Of a DNA stretch of 64,000 nt, positions 1-14,016 are shown in pieces; positions within the stretch are counted from its first letter, which is position 1, and each line of letters begins with the position of its first letter. A program made the translations under genes and the position numbers. The DNA is from Octopus bimaculoides (Eukaryota), in contig NC_068983.1 of assembly GCF_001194135.2 (NCBI RefSeq), forward strand, positions 1,929,583 to 1,993,582, written 5' to 3'. The notes under the pieces were generated by a model. It saw only the letters and a program-made list of their open reading frames with translations. It searched no databases and was not told the DNA's origin.

Positions 1-310
<310 letters not shown>

Positions 311-339
311 AGTCGTCGCGACTAAGACTGTTCGTGGCT

Positions 340-790
340 TTGTCGAGACTTGGTAAGCTTTCTCCATACCGGTTAGTTTTTCGCTTGAGTTTTCCCTTTA
401 TTATGATCACTTCCTTTCCACTTCATGTTCCCTTTTGCAATATCTTTGAATCTCAGCCTAGGCTTCCATAGTTTTTTTTTCCTGTGGGCAGTAAAGGAGT
501 TGTCTGGTGAGTCTGCTGTTCTGCATCCTCTGTACGTGTCCCATCCAGCATAAACTTCTATAAATGAGTATTTCCATCATAGTATGTCGTAAGATCTCTT
601 CATTCCTGATTTTATCAGAGAGAGTAAATATTCATAGTTGTCCCATCATATATGCATGTAACTTGTCTACTTCAACTTTATAGACTGTCCAGGTTTCAGC
701 TCCATACAGCTGACACCCCATATAACATGTGTGGGAAAGGAGACGAAAGTATTAGCCATTTCTTAAGTGAATGCAGTCAGCTAACATAAA
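340..790 (-). mobile_element. Degraded RTE-clade LINE fragment (RT C-terminal region)
   Basis: Minus strand 709-689 encodes LYGAETW, followed by TVYKVEVDKLHAY, matching the LLYGxETW motif of RTE ORFs; stops and frameshifts are present. Confidence 0.7.
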
Positions 791-2269
791 AAGAGTGGAA
801 GTGGAGGCGCGACTTTGTCGATGAAAGTAGTGTGTTGGGAAGCGAGCCGAGTGTGTGTATTCAAAGTGCCAGAAGTTAGAATCTGTAATAATGAATAATA
901 ATTACCGGATTTTGAGAGTTTCCCCCAAAATGATTGACATGCTGTTGAAGAAAGGCGACAAGATAAAATTATATAGGACAAAAAAAACCCCAAAAAAACA
1001 GTGTATGATCAGATACCTTACTTATACTTTCATATTGCCATATGATAATAGAAAAGTTACCAAAGAAACTGCAGCAAAATAATTGATACTAGCACCTAAC
1101 AGAAGAATGAAGGTTTTGTAGAAGGCTAAGATGATTATTCTTGTGATAATCGGTGCAATTTGAATAACACCTAAACAGCTAAGACGCTAAATGATATTGG
1201 AACTGAGACAAGCATTGCCATAAATATATCGTTTCTTAGAATAGATTTACTGCCATCCAATTCCTTATATCATTGGCTGCACATCTCATAATCTCACTGA
1301 GATATAAAAATATGTTACATACATTTGGCTTAAATAAATAATTTCCCCTATTTTTGCTGCTCTTGGTTTGAAGCGAGACACAACCACTTGTCAATAACAT
1401 GATTATTAACAAGCTACAGAATAACAACAACAGTATCAGTGAAAGTAGCAGTAGTAGTAGTAGTAATATAGGATCACAGTTACGAAGTTAGAGAGATCTC
1501 TGTATTCGTATGCATATAAGCAAACATTTGGGAAGCAAAATGCACAGTAAACGGGGGTAAATATCTAACAAAAGACATAGTAAGCCCCAACGAAGAAATA
1601 TCTATGAATATAATAAATAAATACATAAGTTTCAGAATAATATATGCGCAATATATTTTATGTGCATAGTCATAAATCTCAAGAGAGCATAAATATGAAG
1701 ATAGCAGGTAGAAATGCTTGGAGATATGATAGAGAGGATATGTAATGAAATAGAAAAAAATGGAAATAAAAGAAATATTCTCAAATGAAAGTAAGAACAT
1801 TTAAAATAAATGTAGCAAAATAAGACATCTTCGATTTTGCAAAAGACATTTAAATATATGTGAAAATAAATAACACCGAAAAATGTCAGTGTTTATAGTT
1901 ATCAAACGATAGAGAACTGAAAAGGAATACAAGCGATAGAGAAATGAAAATGTAAATCAAATAACATGCTCTTTTATTAACTCATCAGACAAACATAATT
2001 CTGTCGTTCAGAAGTTCGATCCGCAACTATACTTTTAAGGTTTCAGTCGCACTAGAAAGAAACCTGAAACAGGCGTTGCTGTGTAGTAAGAATATGCTTG
2101 CCAACCACACTAAACATTATATGTGTGAACCTTTTTCAAGACCTACAAATCGTACGAGAGCCAACTCCCTGTCTGCATTAAATAAACTCTTCCAAGTGTA
2201 AGGAACTTATTATAATGGTGAAGAGGCTCTAGAGATTTATCAAATCTTAATTTCAAATTGTTTTATATT

Positions 2270-2460
2270 TCACTTGCTTCAATCATTAGACTGTGGCTAT
2301 GCTGGGGTAATATCTTGAAAGATTTTACCCGAATGAATTAATTCTAGCGCTTTCTTTCATCCTGCTACTTACTCTATCGGACTGTTTTTGCGAACCGCAT
2401 GATTACTAGAACGTAAACACAATAACTCCTGTTGTCAAGCGGTAGTGGGGGGACAAACAA
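2270..2460 (-). mobile_element. SINE family B, 3' half
   Basis: Matches 42111-42330 (TTTCAATCATTAGACTGTGGCTATGCTGGG...TTTTGCGAACCGC...TTGTCAAGCGGTAGTGGGGGGACAAAC), followed by a CA tract. Confidence 0.75.
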
Positions 2461-2468
2461 ACAAACAA

Positions 2469-2506
<38 letters not shown>

Positions 2507-2518
2507 GTATATATGTAA

Positions 2519-2554
<36 letters not shown>

Positions 2555-2679
2555 GAGTTAAGTAATTGTGTAGATAGCATCGGAAGTGGTAAATATACAA
2601 GCGAGGTGACAACCGAAGACTCCTGTTCAGGCCATGAGTATCTTAACTGAATAAAATTTTAAGACCCTTGGACCGCTGA

Positions 2680-2859
2680 AATCTACAAGTTTCTTTCTTT
2701 CTTTCTTTCTCTCTCTCTGTTTGCTTTCTCTTATTCCTTTCTGCTGAAGAGTGTAGGCTCGAAAGGTAAAATACAATTTCGTTTTTCCGGAGCGTCGAAC
2801 TAATACACTTGCTAGTTGTTCATACAGCTGTCTTCGTCTTTTGTGTTTCTATAAATTTC

Positions 2860-2865
<6 letters not shown>
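2680..2865 (+). mobile_element. Penelope-like terminal fragment with a degenerate hammerhead-type core
   Basis: TTTCTGCTGAAGAGTGTAGGCTCGAAAGGTAAAA at 2738-2771; an inverted homologue lies at ~10500-10680; both end in (TA)n. Confidence 0.5.
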
Positions 2866-2919
<54 letters not shown>

Positions 2920-3878
2920 CCGGTCAGATTGTGACCACTGATGTCGAACCTATAAGACGCTTAGTTGTATAGGCAACTCCTCAGCCTTAAGTGGCCGGAG
3001 GTATAAAACCTTCCTACAACTGGAGAAATGGATGTCATTTTGAGAAAAAAATTCCTAAAAACATTCGGAAAAGATTCTACTGGCAAAGCTTTGGACGAGG
3101 CAGAATCATCCCCTTACATCAGTATCAGCTATATCTACGACAGGCCAGGCAAAGGTGCCCGAGGCTGGCAGCATTTCCATTCTTGGTAAATGAAGATTTC
3201 TATGTTTTCCACATAAATTCCGTCTAATGTGGGCACTGACTGAACACATATGTTTTCGAGTTTAAAATGTCCCCGGACTAAAAGAGTCCTTCAGGATTCT
3301 TGCTCTTTCGGACCTTATCGATTCAGCAAAACATACCGATGGGTTAAGTTCCAAGTTTGAATAGAAATAGCTATTGGTGTAGATTTGTTCGACTAAAATT
3401 CTTCAAGGCAGTGCCCCAGCTTGGCCGCAGTCTAATGACTGAAACAAGTGAAAGGTATACGGTGGTGTTATCACAGATGCACTGCGTCTGGAACAGGTGC
3501 AGAATGCTCACAGCTAGATTCACTTTGCTCATTCATTGATTTATACGATGTGGATTACCAAATGTTAGACCTTTGATCTGTAAAATGTCTTTGCCCATAC
3601 GATGGAAGTAATATTATCGTTCTTGTTATGTTTGGGTTGGGAAAACACAGAATTTATTTTCTTCTTGTAGCTACGTTTCTTAGATGTTTGTATTTTTGGC
3701 ATTCACCTACTCAACATTCCGGATCTCATTTATTGTATATCGTTATTGTAAATTCTATCGTACCTGGCAAACGTGGCGGTTAGCGCGTGCCTCATTTCAC
3801 ACCATTCTTGAACAGTTTTCTTAAAGTGTTTGTGCCCTTTCGTACTTCCTCTGATTTAAACACACCAAACATATTATT

Positions 3879-4091
3879 CTTTTCTACTCTAGGCACAAGG
3901 CCCGAAATTTTGGGGGAGGGGGCCAGTCGATTATATCGACCCAAATACGCAACCGGTACTTAATTTATCCATCCCGAAAGATGAAAGGCAAAGTCGACCT
4001 CTGCGGAATTTGAACTGAGAACGAATAGACAGACGAAATTCCGCTAATCCTTTGGTCCGGCGTGTTAACATTTCTACCAGCTCGCCACCTT
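3879..4091 (-). mobile_element. SINE family A, near full length
   Basis: TTCTTTCTACTCTAGGCACAAGGCCCG...GAAAGATGAAAGGCAAAGTCGACCTC...TACCAGCTCGCCAC, collinear with 113-310. Confidence 0.85.
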
Positions 4092-4520
4092 ACAACAAAC
4101 ATATTGAAATTTCTACGGGTATTCTACTCTCTCAAAATTTAACAAACTGAAAGAAAATGTTATTCTAATATAATTGCGGAGATTTATTTGAAAAAAAATT
4201 TTAAGATTTATTCCAGTAGAAATTATTGCTCCCTATTCAAAGACAGAGAACAACATTTTTCAGCCATAATGGTGACCTATTTTGAAACAAAAGCTTGAAC
4301 GCTTGTGCGCAGTTATGCGTCTTTTATAAATATTTAATATTTGCTAAATGGCGTTTGTCAACATCCAAAATACTATTTTTTGAAGGGAAATACAATGATC
4401 CGTTCTTTGTTTCTTTAACATATTTTTAGATTTGTCTTGTAAAAATCTGTTTCCAAAACAAAATAAAAACACAGGAATCAAATGTAAGTTACAAATAGTA
4501 TTCAGGAATTTTCCTCTTTG

Positions 4521-4886
4521 CGGCACTCCGTCGGTTACGACGACGAGGGTTCCAGTTGATACAATGAACGGAACAGCCTGCTAGTGAAATTAAGGTGCAA
4601 GTCGATGAGCATTCCACAGACACGTGTACCCTCAACGTAGTTCTCGGGGAGATTCAACGTGACACAGAGTGTGACAAGGTTGGCCCTTTGAAATACAAGT
4701 GCAACAGAAAGAGTGAGAAAGTTGTGGTAGAAGAGTACAGCAGGGTTCGCCACCACCACCCTACCGGAGCTTCGTGGAGCTTTAAGTGCTTTGGCTCAAT
4801 AAACACTCACAACGACCTGTCTGGGAATCGAAACCGTGACCCTACGACTGCAAGTTTGCTGCCCTAACCACTGGGTCATTGCGCCT
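4521..4886 (-). mobile_element. tRNA-derived SINE, family C, full length
   Basis: Reverse complement of the copy at 38400-38756 (AGGCGCAATGACCCAGTGGTTAGGGCAGC head; GATCAACTGGAACCCTCGTCGTCGTAACCGACGGAGTG tail). Confidence 0.85.
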
Positions 4887-4989
4887 CTACATTCAGGAAA
4901 TTAACAGTATTTCAACACGTATAATGACACAGGGTGAATATTTAATATCACCATATTTTTACATTACTTCCAATATGATACTATTTTTC

Positions 4990-5140
4990 TTGAGTTCAAA
5001 CGCCGCTGGAATCGATTTTGCCTTTCATCCTTTTGGAGTCGATAAAATAAGCACCAATTGATCACTGTAGTCGATGTAATCGAATTACCCACTCTTTCGA
5101 AATTGCTGGCCTTGTGCCAAAATTTGAAGCTAATATGATA
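4990..5140 (+). mobile_element. SINE family A, 5'-truncated, plus strand
   Basis: GAGTTCAAACGCCGC...TTTTGCCTTTCATCCTTTTGGAGTCGATAAAATAAGCACCA...GGCCTTGTGCCAAAATTTGAAG. Confidence 0.8.
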
Positions 5141-5909
5141 GAGTTTGTGAGTATCCCTGATTAGTGACAATGTAAATTAATAAGCTGTCATCTATTCTAG
5201 TTTGAAGTGAAATCATATCCTATGTCTTAAGTGGATTCACTTACACAGCTTCTTCGCTTTTTGCTTTGTAAAATACACAAAGATTTGACTTAGTAGCACT
5301 AGCGCAAAAAAATAAGAGCAAAAATTAAGTATATAAGGTCACGGAAGGGTAAAAAGGAGTCAACGACTCAATCGAATGGATTTATTTCTACTGCAATATT
5401 ATTTTTAGAGAAATTAAGAACACAGCGGGAGATCATGTTTGTTTCTCTAACAATCATTTATTTCTTTTCTACTGAAATAACAAATGGCATTAAAGATTGG
5501 GCCATGGTGTTTGAGGTGACGACTAATTAACTGTTTTCAATAATTTGGTACAGTTCAATTAAACAGCTTATTCATTCTGGAAGGGAAAAATATCACATAT
5601 TCACGCACTAAAAATGGCTATTGACATCTGACCCATTTCGCTACCATTAGCCCAACAAACAAACAGGCAATATTGTCTTCGAAACGCCTAGTCTAGAATA
5701 GAGGCAGCTGATAAAGGAATAATTCCATAAGTGGTTTGTCTGTTTTCCTATGTGTTCGTTCTGTTGTCTGTAAACAAAGTCCGTTTTTGTTTTTTATGTC
5801 CCCGTTCACTTTTCTGACGTTCTGTACCCGGATATGCATATATATATACATGTAGATGTAGGTATGTACATGTATGTATGTATACATGCATATGCTCATA
5901 TATCATTTG

Positions 5910-5940
<31 letters not shown>

Positions 5941-6980
5941 TATATTGATTAGTGTGTTCTAAAATTAGCAGGACAATATTGTCGTGTGATTTATATTTTT
6001 GCTATTTTAAGGAAAGGTATGTTAATTGTATTTGGATTTATGATAAAAGTCCATTTGTGTATAGTGCTAAAAGACACCTTAAATTTTCTAACAGTAGAAC
6101 AAGGCCTCAGATTTTGAATGACGCGTGCAACTGATTTAATCGAGATGAGGGATTGGTAGTTATTTAATAAATGCTGGAGCATCAGGAGCAAAGGTGATCT
6201 TAGTGTGAGATGAATGGAAGATAAAAAAATAACGTAAACCAATCCTAGAAGGCATTGAATCGATCATACAACCAGTTTCTTACTCGATGTCCTTTATATT
6301 GAATTAATATTATTATCAGAATGCCTAGCTTAGCAGATGAAATGCAATTTGCTTTCCTCTAAGGATAAATGTTTTTGTTCTTAGGAAAAATATGATACGA
6401 TGTTATAAACGAAAAGAAATGGAGGTTTTGATTAGAAAACCGGTACTACGTTGGTGTGAAGTAAAACAGTCAACTAAAGGCAAAATCCAAAACTAGTTTG
6501 AAAATGAGAATAGGTTTGGTTGATGTGAGAAGACAAATATTGGAATGTTTCGGAAAGAGTCCTTCAACAAAGGTCCGTCAGGTTCTTTCGTTCATGAAGC
6601 CAACCAAAGTTACTGGCGCCAACAAATTCGTATAGAATTATATTGCCATTTTCCCCGGAATAGATTCTCTCCATTTTACTCAGTCTGCTAAGATTCTGAA
6701 TTTTAACCAGTTTAAATCTGCACTTTTATGTATTTTAATTACGTAAATCATTTTACTTCAGTATCTGATTGAAGTACCGTTAGAATACCGACAAAATTTA
6801 ACCATAAAAGAAAACTTGTGCCACAAAACGAGAAACACAATGAATCTTATTTAAATGTATAAATTGCTGTTGATATCTGAGGTTTACTTCAATTGTCACA
6901 CATCAAACCAATATATCATGCGAACGTCTAAAAGCAACGGGATTAAAATTATAAACGAATATAAACAGTCTCTCTCTCTT

Positions 6981-7030
<50 letters not shown>

Positions 7031-7339
7031 CATATATATATTTATTTATTTATATAACAGTGATCAAAATTATGTGTATAGCATTCAGAGCACACAGCAA
7101 ATCTTGAACGAATAATAAGAAAAACAGAACAGCAGAGTCAACTAACTACATCTATAGGTATTTAAGAAAAACTTAGAAACATGTTTCCGAATCTTTATAC
7201 GTAATCAAGCAAATTATACGAAAACAGATACATGTAGAAGTTCATTGTTACTGTCTCCGAAAAGTTACTTTCTTTGGCATGTATCGAATTTTCTTCTGGA
7301 AATGTCAAAATGGCAGCTTGGCCATCTCGCTGAAATTTC

Positions 7340-7480
7340 ATTCAATATATAATGTAAATAGTAAATGTGGCCAGCCATCTGAGACTATACACCACATTGC
7401 ATCAGAATGTTCAATATTAGCCACTGTAATTATATTCTTGGAGACATAACACCAAGTAAGTATGTTTAACATAGACAGGG
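7340..7480 (+). mobile_element. RLE-type non-LTR retrotransposon fragment (CCHC knuckle plus RHN motif)
   Basis: Translates to KCGQPSETIPHIASECSILA, then after a frameshift to WRHNQV, the zinc knuckle/RHD(N) motif that precedes the RLE nuclease. Confidence 0.6.
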
Positions 7481-8085
7481 TCAACTAACATTTTACAAAA
7501 ATATAAGTAATCCACTACCTTCTTAGAATATAACAATGTCTTCCTATTTTGGTGTGGAAAATGTTGTCGCTTCTACTATTCCACTGCACTAGGATTTAAT
7601 TACTGACATCGAGATTATCTTTTAAGTGGATATTGGGCATTTAGTTCACGGATTATTTGTTATGAAATTGAATAGCCTCATGGCTGTCATTTATGCGGAT
7701 AGAAGAGATACTTTGGCCGGTTGGCCGGTTTAATGCCATCGCTTACCAGCTTGGGTGAATTTAGCAGAGTACAGTCTGTTCCATACATTCAGATCAACTC
7801 TTTAGTTTAAAAAGTATTCCTCTTCTTCTCACTACCCTCAGACGCTCTGTAGAAGGTCAAATGCACTATCTTTTCTGTCTGAGTAAAATAAAAAAATAAT
7901 TAGTCAAACGCGCTTTCTACAACACATACAAGAAGAATGCACACCTACTTCAAATAGGTTTCATTTCATTTTTTTCTTTTTCTCTCGCTTTTCACTCAAT
8001 TTTGATGAAGGATTCACCGGGAAAGTTTGCCTACTACTTTTCCTTTTTTCAGCAATTACTCATTCTGTATAACTTTTATTCTTAC

Positions 8086-8120
<35 letters not shown>

Positions 8121-8807
8121 CTTCTTTTCATTTTGTCCGTCAGTTTCCGAAATGCTTGTCTCTCATGTGAAGGCGGGTAGCCTAGTGTTAAATTTGTTGC
8201 ACCCACGATCATTAGATCATGGGTTGCGTTCCCAGACTAGATCGTGTATTGTGTTCTTGAGCAAACTACTTTCTTTTACAATGTTCTTGTGGGGTGGGGA
8301 CTGTTGCGTCAAAGAATAGACCCAAAGATTTCCTCTGCGTGTCGTAAAAGGCAGCTAAAAGAGGTTGAGGTAGGATTTGCAATCCGACTTCGTAAAACCC
8401 TTACCAGCAGCGACTACCCAAAAGACAAACAAATGGATTGAAGGATTGTAACCCGAGTTGTGCAAAAACATCACCCCTGCTCCAGAAGTAGTAGGGAATC
8501 ATCAACAAATGTTGGACGCAGCGATGCGCTGTTACAACGCATGCAGCCATGCTGCCAATACTACTACTGCTACTATTACTACTACTGATGCTGCTGCTGC
8601 TGCAACCGTTGTCCGTCTCTTGTTCCTATCGTTGTACTTGTGCTATTTCACTGATAAAAATAATCTACTGCTTATCTCAAATTTCTTGCTCATTTAGTTT
8701 TAATCCACTGCAACTTTTGAAATAGCGACGGTGGCCAATTTACAGTATTCCTTGAAAACAAGGAAACCTGAAGACATTATTGTAGTGGAAAACATGATGG
8801 TCATGTA

Positions 8808-9142
8808 AACACTCCCTTCGGTCATGAATGACTATGGGATTGCGCCCAGAAAGTTCCCTTCCAAGGCACAGTCCGCGCAAGTTTGTTTTATGGAAGACCA
8901 ACAATCATACATGCATACCAGCCTCCTCTCTCTCCACGTCACTGATGTTATCCAAGGGTGAGGCAAAGGTTGATACATCTTGGCAGCAGTGCGTTCGCAA
9001 CTTATTTCTGCAGCTCAGTGAACTGGAACAACGTGAAATAAAGTATCTTGCTCAGGAGAACACAATACACAGTCCGGTCCGGGAATCGAATTCACTACCT
9101 CATGATTATTAGCCTGACGCTCTAACCCCTGAGCTAGGCGCC
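8808..9142 (-). mobile_element. tRNA-derived SINE, family D (CORE-like centre)
   Basis: Minus-strand head GGCGCCTAGCTCAGGGGTTAGAGCGTCAGGC...GTGAATTCGATTCCCGG carries A and B boxes, followed by CTGAGCAAGATACTTTATTTCACGTTGTTCCAGTTCACTGAGCTG. Confidence 0.75.
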
Positions 9143-10055
9143 ATCACCATGAACGCCTTTGATAATTATCTCTCTGAGTACTGCTCTCTGTCAGTCAATA
9201 ACTCTTGCAAATATTCAAATATTGGTTTTTAAGCAGATTCGTTGCGAATCATTCTACAGTGTCTGAATTTCGAGGAATCTGCATAGAAACCGCACAAGTA
9301 CGCCCCACTCAATTACAAAATATGTGTGTCTGTTATTACGAAGGTGTTATTGCCGATTATAATATTTTGATCTTTAGCAGGCTATGTTTTGTGAAGGAAA
9401 TTTATTTCCACTTGCAAATCCCTATAAAAATGCAGAATAATCTTGCGTTTGTGTAAGGCACGCTCTTTAATCTCGTCTTGAACTCAAGCATATCTGCACA
9501 ATATATCCAAGGTATTAATTATTCAGGATATACATTATATTTCTAATTTCGCTGATATTTCGAATCGCTTCCTGCCAATGTGTGCCTCCAATAAGTCTTG
9601 TTAAGTATCCCTTTTCCCAAATCCTTATTTATATAGCTTTCTCCAAATGCGAACCGCCAGTAAATACCAAACAAACACCTGTACCCTCTCTTTTGTGTCA
9701 TATCTACGAAAAGCGGGATCTCGTCTGTCACTCAGCCAAAGCAAAGTTTTCGATGGAACAATGCCATGGCGTTGACAAGAAGAGAGGCCATCGAGTGTAC
9801 CAGACCAGAATTTCCGTCTAGTTAAATGTGCTGCCTTTCGTTTATATTCCTTCGTCTATGAAGTGCCAGAAGGTTGTCTTCAGCCTTGCAGTGTTCGCTG
9901 ATCTTACCATGTTTCACTGACTTCGCGCTTATATACTTTGGGCGGGAGGCAAAATATACAGTTACATATAATACAAATATGACAACGTCCGCCTTTCAAT
10001 GTTGTTTTTTTATCTTTCTCTTGTATATTCTCTCTCTCGCCTCTCATTCTGTATT

Positions 10056-10108
<53 letters not shown>

Positions 10109-10499
10109 CATACACATTTAGATTAGCTGAAATATGTTTGTCACATGTTACAACTGCTAAAAGACAAATACACTGCAGTTACCGCGGAGAAAAAATCTCT
10201 CTTATGATAAAAAGGTGTTAAAACACCCAGTTTCTTCAGTGTCGCCGTCTCTCGGGAATCTCAGACATCGATGTTTCGAGTTTTTGACTCTTGTCAATGA
10301 GATGTATGTACGACAGGCAACTCGGAACGAACTAAATAAAACTTGTATCTTTATAAATAATTCAGTCAACACGTTGACTGATTTGTTCTATTAGGTTGCC
10401 CGATCAAATTAATTAACAGAGCATAGGCGAAAAGCAATGTTTAGGTATGACCAGAATTTAGGTTAGTTGAAGTATTTCAACTAACCTGAATTCTGCTCA

Positions 10500-10680
10500 T
10501 ATCTAAGTAGTTTTATATATAGTTGAAATTTACAGAAAAACAAAAGACGAAGACAGGTTATTAGCTTAACGCTCGAGAAGATGAGAAAGTATTTTACGTT
10601 TCGAGCCTACGCTCTTCAACAGAAAAGGACGCGATGAAATAAACAGAGAATATATAAAAAAACCTTTGAGCTACAGGTCA
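10500..10680 (-). mobile_element. Penelope-like terminal fragment with hammerhead-type core (inverted copy of 2680-2865)
   Basis: Minus strand 10626-10592 reads TTTTCTGTTGAAGAGCGTAGGCTCGAAACGTAAAA; it shares GTCTTCGTCTTTTGTTTTTCTGTAAATTTCAACTATATATA with the 2.8 kb copy. Confidence 0.5.
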
Positions 10681-12499
10681 ATCATGGCGGCTGGACAAAG
10701 ATAGTTAGACAGGAGAGCTAGGAAGAAGGGGAGATGTTAAAGTATTGTTGAACCCCAAACGAAGGGTGTAAGTGTGTATAGGTGCTGTAAATGTGTGCGT
10801 GTGGATGCGTGTGAGAATGAGTTAGTACGTGTATGGGATGGCGTTATAAAATACATATTCAAACATATTTCTATCACATCTCTCTCCCTCCCCCGCCTCT
10901 ATTTTTCTCTCTCCCTCCTCCGCCTCTATTTTTCTCTCTCTATCTATCTGTCTTTTTTACTCGTTACTATATGTAGCCAAGTTTCCACGGTGTCGCCCTC
11001 ACACTCTATCTCCCCTAACGCAATATATCAGATATTACAATGTCACAAAGCTTGAAACCTCACTGCTATCTTCTAAATAAGACGATTTCTAGGAGCTAGT
11101 TTTGTGTCATTAAAGTTGGTGACGCCTGGATGTCTAACGCCTTCAACAACGACGACAACATTCAATAATGTGGCACGAGGCCAATATAAATTCTTTTATA
11201 TTTGATAAAGCTGTTTAATCTCAAATCACTTCCTGTGTTAATTTGGGAAGGTAAATGGCAAATTGCTTTCGTTTAACAGATCGTTCTGTTATTTTGTAAA
11301 CATCCTGTCATAATGATTGCTAATACTGTAAAGAGCATATAGATAATTACGGGCTAAGTACAGGGATCATAGTTTGGTATTTCTATGAAATCATTTTATT
11401 TAACCCATTAAAACACTTCTCGTTATTTCTACCGGATTTTCGATACTGTTCAACGTTGTTACTTAGCTCTGCAGTATTCCTAATAATAATAATAATAATA
11501 ATAATGAACAGCAAAATTATTAGATATTATTGAAATGTCTGTGACAGAAGTCTCCAGGTTTTGAAGCTTTGAGGAAATTGCTTTTCAATTGGTTGTGTTG
11601 CCACAGAGTCTCCTAAGAAACTATTCATTTGGTTGTAATTAGATTCTTTGACAGAAGATGATTTCCAAAATGTTTCTAATGATATTTTCCTTAATGCTAA
11701 ACTTTTCTGCTCTGCTCTTTACACATTAATCATTTTAAACAAATTTTGATGGCTTATTTTCAACTTTGTAGTTTTGAAAGACTATTCAGATATGTAATTG
11801 AATGACTATTAAAATATGTAGTTTTGAAAAAAAGAAAGAAGAAATATATTTATTGAATATTTGATTTAAGGTGAATTTTGTTAGTTTTAGATATTTTAAT
11901 ATCTTAATTCGCGTTTTAGTATTTCCTTATATTGTACTTACTTCTATTCAACGTAGTTTTATTTCTTTTAATTTACCTGGAAGGAGAGTTAGTATCATTT
12001 GAATTATCTTACATCTCAACTTTCAATATCTATTTCACTATTTTACTTTCGCCTTCCGGTAATATTATGTATGTTGTTGTTGTCTATCTTCTCTACTATC
12101 ACATTACATTCTTTAACGTCGATATGTAAGAATAAGAGTTTTAAAAATAAACTTACTTTCATGTTTATTCAAAGAAGTTCTTAATTGTTTGGCGATTGTC
12201 TGTTTTTCGTATAATTGATTTTACTAATGATAATAATGTCTTACACTAACTCACATGATAATACAACGGTATACAACTGGTTCTGAAGCTTCAACGCTTT
12301 TCAGAAAAAGACGCTGTGACATTCATATGAGCTGTCACATTTCTTGAAACTCACAACACAAATTTCATGTGTTAGTCACTTTTTAGTTCATGAATGATAT
12401 GTAATGCTATTTCAAACGTTCTGTTCTTTGTATTATACAGTTTAAGGTCTACCATGCTTATTTTCCTTTTCCCGTTGCTTCTTGTTTAGTCTCGTTTAG

Positions 12500-12800
12500 C
12501 ATGGTCGTCGAGTTGTCAGCAGCAGAGAGGTAAGAAGCTAACATGAGAAGGCCTTTTGGAAGAGTCACCTTCTTGTAGACATCTCTTTGACTATTTCATA
12601 TTTCGTTTGGGTCGGTGAAATCTCCTGCTCTTTATTCGTAACATGTCCTGTGCAGCTGGTGTTGCCTCGATTATGACAAATACATTTGGAATGCCTGATT
12701 AGGGAAATTGTCCAAATATTTCTGGCAATTCCGTTGTGCCAATGTCAGATCATATTACAGCTTCATATTTGCTTTAGTGGAAGCATAACAGGTACCTTAC
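12500..12800 (-). mobile_element. Heavily degraded RLE LINE fragment
   Basis: Minus strand gives WHNGIARNIW (RHN/RHD-like motif) and a downstream HNR-like motif; many stops. Confidence 0.35.
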
Positions 12801-13452
12801 ACACACATGCATAAAGACTGGAATTGATCATTACTCACGGAAATTAATCTATATATATATATATACATAGATAGGTAGGAAAATAGGTAAATAAATATAG
12901 ATAGACAAAGAGATAGATATTCAGTCTTATATTATTGTGCATTGGGACCTTATTTTAACTATAGAGACTTCCCAAATATTTACGGAGCATATCTCGAACA
13001 CACTCGCGCGTGCGCGCGCGTGTATATGTGAAATTATGTTTATGCGATGGGTTTGTTCATTTCAACAGTCTTATATCCACATATATGTTGATATTGTTCA
13101 TGCATGCCTTCAGTTATTATTAAAAGAAGCTCTCCTTCCAGGGCATAATATTGTTGCTACGAATTATGTAGCTGTATTAATAAAATTTATGAGTCTTGTT
13201 TTACGAGAATTAACATTGATTTCTCCACAGTAAATCTCAAAGTTCTGTTTATAGATAATGCAGTAGAACATAAACTATTTCGAAACCAATTTTTCGATGC
13301 CCATTAGATATGGTAGAAAAATCTTTAGCAAATAGCGCTTTCTTGTACTTGTTATATGTGTATTTTGTGGTAGGCCGGTTAGGTCTTGGAATACACACTA
13401 CACCTCAAGTCAATTTCTGTATTACTGTGATCTCTTCGGTCTTCCAACACAC

Positions 13453-13483
<31 letters not shown>

Positions 13484-14016
13484 CTAGCAGCTAATCCCGG
13501 TTTCACCCGGCCTGTTTGGATAATTTGGCTCTGATCGTTTTCGGTTAGGTATAATCTATAACCGCGTTTCTCAACCTTATCATTTCGGGTCCCCTGTTTC
13601 GATTGGAGCCTCTAGCTGTATGAAGATCTCATCACCCCACTGTCAGAAAATGGCTTCAGGAGTTGTGAAGAAAGAATTTGTACGTATTCTGTTTCTGAGA
13701 GCTATTCTATTGGACATCTGTATAATCATTAAAACATTTATTTAATTATGAACATAGAAAAAAATTATACATTAATCCCAATTTTTGTAAGCAGTTGTAA
13801 CCGTAAAATTGTATTTTCAGAGAGCAGAAATTGAAAGATGTATGAAATGGACGTGTGTGCGTGCATGCGTGCGTGCGGGAAAGAGAAGGAGGGCAAGATA
13901 GAGTGAATGAATGAAGTTGTGTGTCATTGACTTACGTTGGCTGGCACGGCAAGTACGAAGCTTTTGAGGCGGCAGATGACTGGGTGATTTGGAAGCTGTG
14001 AAGAAATGCCGTCTTT

